Positions 50,518 through 54,692 of a DNA stretch of 54,692 bases are shown in pieces. The notes below the pieces were generated by a model. It ran no database searches, was not told the origin of the DNA, and saw nothing but the letters and a program-made list of their open reading frames with translations. The stretch is from Octopus sinensis (lineage: Eukaryota), in assembly GCF_006345805.1 (NCBI RefSeq), contig NW_021833794.1, positions 1 through 54,692 on the forward strand, given 5' to 3'. Numbering within the stretch: the stretch's first letter is position 1; each line of letters begins with the position of its first letter. Made by a program: the position numbers and the translations under genes.

Positions 50518-50811
50518 AATCAAAATATATAAAGCTATAAATAAGAGTGTGAAAATACTGAGTTTAAAAAAAACAACTTTTGGATTGAAATGATCAAAAA
50601 TGTCCAAATGTACAGCAGACTTCCTATCTTACTATTGTACCAAAGCAATCCTTTGAACTTCTCAATTCCTTTTAGAATCTTTGTTCTTACCATCGAGAGA
50701 TGTATGTCGTTTACGTCATGAAAATTTTGAAACATCGAAAGAAAGTGCAAAATAATTCATTTTCAATTATAGCGTGCAAACATTGGCATGATGTAATCTA
50801 TATATAAACTC

Positions 50812-51035
50812 GGCGAGCTGGTAGAAACGTTAGCACGCCGGGCGAAATTCGTAGCAGTATTTCGTCTGTAGTTACGTTCCGAGTTCAAATTCCGCCGAGG
50901 TCGACTTTCCCTTTCATCCTTTCGGGGTCGATAAATTAAGTACCAGTTACACACTGGGGTCGATCTAATCGACTTAATCCGTTTGTCTGTCCTTGTTTGT
51001 CCCCTCTATGTTTAGCCCCTTGTGGGTAGTAAAGA
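50812..51035 (+). mobile_element. SINE family C, full length
   Basis: Head ggcgagctggtagaaacgttagc to tail gggtagtaaagaaata. Confidence 0.85.
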
Positions 51036-51462
51036 AATATATATATAAACTCTTTTTTTCTTGATCTTGATAAGATATAATGCTTTAAGGAAATCAGTAC
51101 ATCTTCTTGAGAATTATTACATAAAGACACAGGCAAGAATATCTGGTTAAGAAAATCGCTTTGCAACTATATAATTGCAGGCAGGTTCAGTCTCACAGGG
51201 CGGCACCTCGGGCAAGCGTTTTCATTGGAGGTCGACCAATGCCTTGTGAATGAATGTTATAGTAGAAAATGTTGAAGTCCATCGTGCGTGTATATATATA
51301 TATATATATATATACACACAGTTCGACGAACGGGACCGTGAAAATCTGAGTAATAGTTTTCGCGATGTCTTTGTACCTTTATTAATAAAGTATATTACCC
51401 TACCTCCAGTATTCGAGTACTATTTTTTCCACCTTGTTTCATATTTATGTGCTTGCTCTGGA

Positions 51463-51501
<39 letters not shown>

Positions 51502-51620
51502 ATATATATAGTTGGAATTTACAAAAAAAAAATACAAAAAAAAACAAGAAAACAAATGACGAAGACGGGTGTATAAACAACAATCAGGTGTATTATTTAA
51601 CGCTCGGGAAGGTGAAAAAG

Positions 51621-51658
51621 TCTTTTACGTTTCGAGCCTACGCTCTTCAACAGAAAGA
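51621..51658 (-). ncRNA. Hammerhead-like motif, CUGUUGA core variant
   Basis: Minus strand TCTTT-CTGTTGA-A-GAGC gtag GCTC-GAAA-CGT-A-AAAGA: perfect 5-bp stem I, 4-bp stem II, palindromic ACGU stem III, GUA triplet. Confidence 0.65.
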
Positions 51659-53201
51659 ACACGAGAAAATAAACAGAGGTGTGTGTTTTTTATCTCCTAC
51701 CTCGCTTGAAAAACCGGTGTTGGTTTGTTTATATTCCATAGCTTAACAGTTTGTTTCCTCAAAAGAGACGAAAAGAATAAATATCAAACTTTAAAATAAG
51801 TGCTGGTGTTCATTTGTTCCACTAAAACCCTTCAATGCGTTGCTCCAGCGGGGCCGCATTCTAGTGACTAGAACAAGTAAAATAAAGATTAAAGGATTAC
51901 AAAAATTTGAGTTTTTTTGTGATTTCAGATTTATAACATATTACCTTAGCAACATTTTTATTTCAGTCCGGAGTCCAGTCCGGCTAGACATTCCCATCGT
52001 TCACGGAAAACGAAATAACACGAAATCACTACATTTTGGGGTCAGTGTAATCGAAAATCGATAAGAATTTTTAGATAATTGTAGTAAATAATTTCTAAAA
52101 ATGATTTTGACAACTTCATTTTTTATTTCGTATGACACGTGTTATATATGTTTCTATTGAAGATGATTTATTTAACATGTGGAGCTGTATGCGTGTATGA
52201 GTTATGTATATATGATAAAGTGTGTGTTTATGTATGTGTGTGTGTGTGTGCGTGTGTGTGTATGTGTATCTGAAGCGACTGAAATAGCCAAAAATCAATT
52301 GTTTTACAAAAATTCTAAAAACTATTTTTACAAAAACTTAGAAATCAATTTGCGCTTTTTTGGCTAAGATCCATTAATATATATGTATGTATGTATGAAC
52401 GTATGTATGTATGTATGTATGTATGTATGCATGTATGTATGTATGTATGTATGTATGTATGTATGTATGTATGCATACATGTATGTATGTATGTATATAT
52501 CTATCTATCTATCTATATATATATATATATATATATAGAATAATATATATATATATATCTGTAAATCTATTTACATATGTATGTATATATATGTATATAT
52601 ATTTATATACATACATACACACACACACATACACGTACATACATACAGCCGTGAGTTTATATATATGTGTGTATATATGTATATATATATATGCATACAT
52701 ATACATATCTGTGTGTGTGTATGTATATATGTGTGTATGTATGTCATACATATATGCACGCAGAATATATTACTAAATAGATTGACACTTGACTAGTCGT
52801 ACAAAGAACTACGACTAACGCAAAATAACAAAACACAAAATATTGAAGAATTTGCATTTCATTCCAAGATAATTATCTCAGAATAATAAGGTGAATTGAA
52901 ATTGTATTCTTTTATTTGGCAATTCTCCATTTCCTAAATATATTACAATCAATAAAAATTATGCCCATTTTAGTATATCATTGTAAGGACGTGTAGAATT
53001 CTTGTGGGTGGTTAGTGGAGAAAAAAAACTATTTATTATATCAAGCATATTTTAAAATTTGGTTCCACCAATCTCAGAAACCAGTATGCCCGTTTTGGGT
53101 TTTTGACTTAAAATTTCTTTGCCCGTAGACGCAGCATACATTGTATGGCCTCGTATCAAGTGCGAAACTCGTATTTAATCAACAAAGTGATGTGTTGAAA
53201 T

Positions 53202-53558
53202 AAGGCGTGGCTGCGTGGTAAGAAGTTTGCTTCCCAGCCACATGGTTCCGGGTTCAGTCCTCCTAAGTGGCATCTTGGGTAAGTGTTTTCTTCTATAGCT
53301 ATGCGCCTACCAAATCCTTGGATTTATTTAGTCGATGGAAACTGAAAGGAGACCGTCATACCTATCTACATCTGTGTGTGTTTGGATCTGTGTTTGTCTC
53401 CCATTTCCCACTTGACAAGCGGTGTTGGTGTGTCTATGTCCCCATAACCTAGCGGTTCGGCATAAGAGGACGACAGACTAAGTGCCAGGTTAAAAAAGAA
53501 GTACTGGGGCGATACGTTCGACTAAAAGGCGGCCACAGTCTAATGACTGAAACAAAAA
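53202..53558 (+). mobile_element. Diverged SINE family A
   Basis: Head, B-box ggttcagtcc, CORE-like motif and aatgactgaaac tail recognisable. Confidence 0.75.
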
Positions 53559-54320
53559 TCCGGCGAACTTGATACCAGAAGTGACCTAATTTTCTGGATT
53601 TTCCGGTTTCCTGAGGGCTCCTTAAATATATACATATAATATAAAGTAGACTATGATATGAACATTAAAGAACTAAATTGTATTTAGCAGATGTAAATGA
53701 ATACCCTTACAAAGCAGGGTCTGTTTGATATTTATCAATCAACTTAAAATTCTCTTCCACGTATACAGTATAATGTTTATGGCATGAAATTCAAACGAAG
53801 AAAAGTGAAGAACATAATTTCATTTAACAGATATTGGTACAAATTAAAACACTTCTAAAGCAGAGTATTTCACCTTTATTAGAACTGCTGTTAACACTTC
53901 GAATGCAAATGAACTAAATTCAAATCCAATATCTCTTTGCTTATTACAGGCTGCAGTCTATTGCGCAATACTCCTGGCTAATTTAGGACCCATAGAAGCA
54001 CTAAGCACTTCAAAGATTTTGGTCCCCCCCACCATATATCTGTAAATCAAATTATAAACAATAATTAATCATAAAACAAATTTTTATTTTCCAAAATGAG
54101 AAAAACTAAAAGTAAGATGGAAAATAATGTTTATTTTTGTATACATCTATTTTATTTATATTTGAAAATAATAAATCTCTGAGCGAGGTATACACAGTAG
54201 CTGCACAACATCGTGAAATACATTTACCACTTAAATGTGGCTAACCCTTAAAGGTGGATGCTACTGTAGCTTGTAGCTCCAGGAGGACACCTCCTCCTGG
54301 GGCTACATACATACATATAT

Positions 54321-54685
54321 ACGACGGGCTTCTTTTCAGTTTCCGTCTACCGAATCCACCCACAAGACTTTGGTCGGCCCGAGGATATAGTAGAAGATAC
54401 TTGCCCAAGGTGCCACGCAGTGGGACTGAACCCAGAAACATGTGGTTGGTAAGCAAGCTTCTTACCGCACGGTCGGCCCGAGGATATAGTAGAAGATACT
54501 TGCCCAAGGTGCCACGCAGTGGGACTGAACCCAGAAACATGTGGTTGGTAAGCAAGCTTCTTACCGCACGGTCGGCCCGAGGATATAGTAGAAGATACTT
54601 GCCCAAGGTGCCACGCAGTGGGACTGAACCCAGAAACATGTGGTTGGTAAGCAAGCTTCTTACCACACAGCCACTCCTGCGCCTG
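54321..54685 (-). mobile_element. SINE family A 5' half with internal 99-bp triplication
   Basis: Units start at 54372, 54471, 54570. Confidence 0.9.
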
Positions 54686-54692
54686 TTCTTTC

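Overview
Eukaryotic, AT-rich, microsatellite-saturated DNA; the repeat families and the LMO protein suggest a coleoid cephalopod, probably Octopus (inference, not a database result). The only host coding sequence I can support is the 3' end of a LIM-domain-only gene (LMO1/3-Beadex type): two + strand exons at 938-1063 and 2559-2748. The rest is mostly transposon debris: at least four tRNA-derived SINE families (labelled A-D here) in modular head/tail combinations and tandem concatemers, R4/Dong-like LINE fragments in (AAT)n, Tx1-like LINE 3' ends in (TATC)n, mariner/Tc1 relics, a non-autonomous Helitron, a Gypsy integrase fragment and MITE-like pieces. Most six-frame ORFs are microsatellite or SINE translation artefacts. 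The most notable unannotated signal is a dispersed set of minimal type I hammerhead-ribozyme-like motifs (about 350-386, 403-445, 32280-32321, 44304-44340, 44395-44431, 48965-49010, 51621-51658, plus a decayed one at 51321-51360). They have palindromic stem III (dimer-type), unusual core variants including a compensatory U3-A8 pair, and two sit in foldback palindromes. Also notable: a 48-codon in-frame extension behind the LMO stop codon, a 30-bp perfect-or-wobble hairpin of pre-miRNA size, and a 184-bp SINE concatemer. All structures were derived by eye; repeat boundaries are approximate unless a TSD/TIR is quoted.
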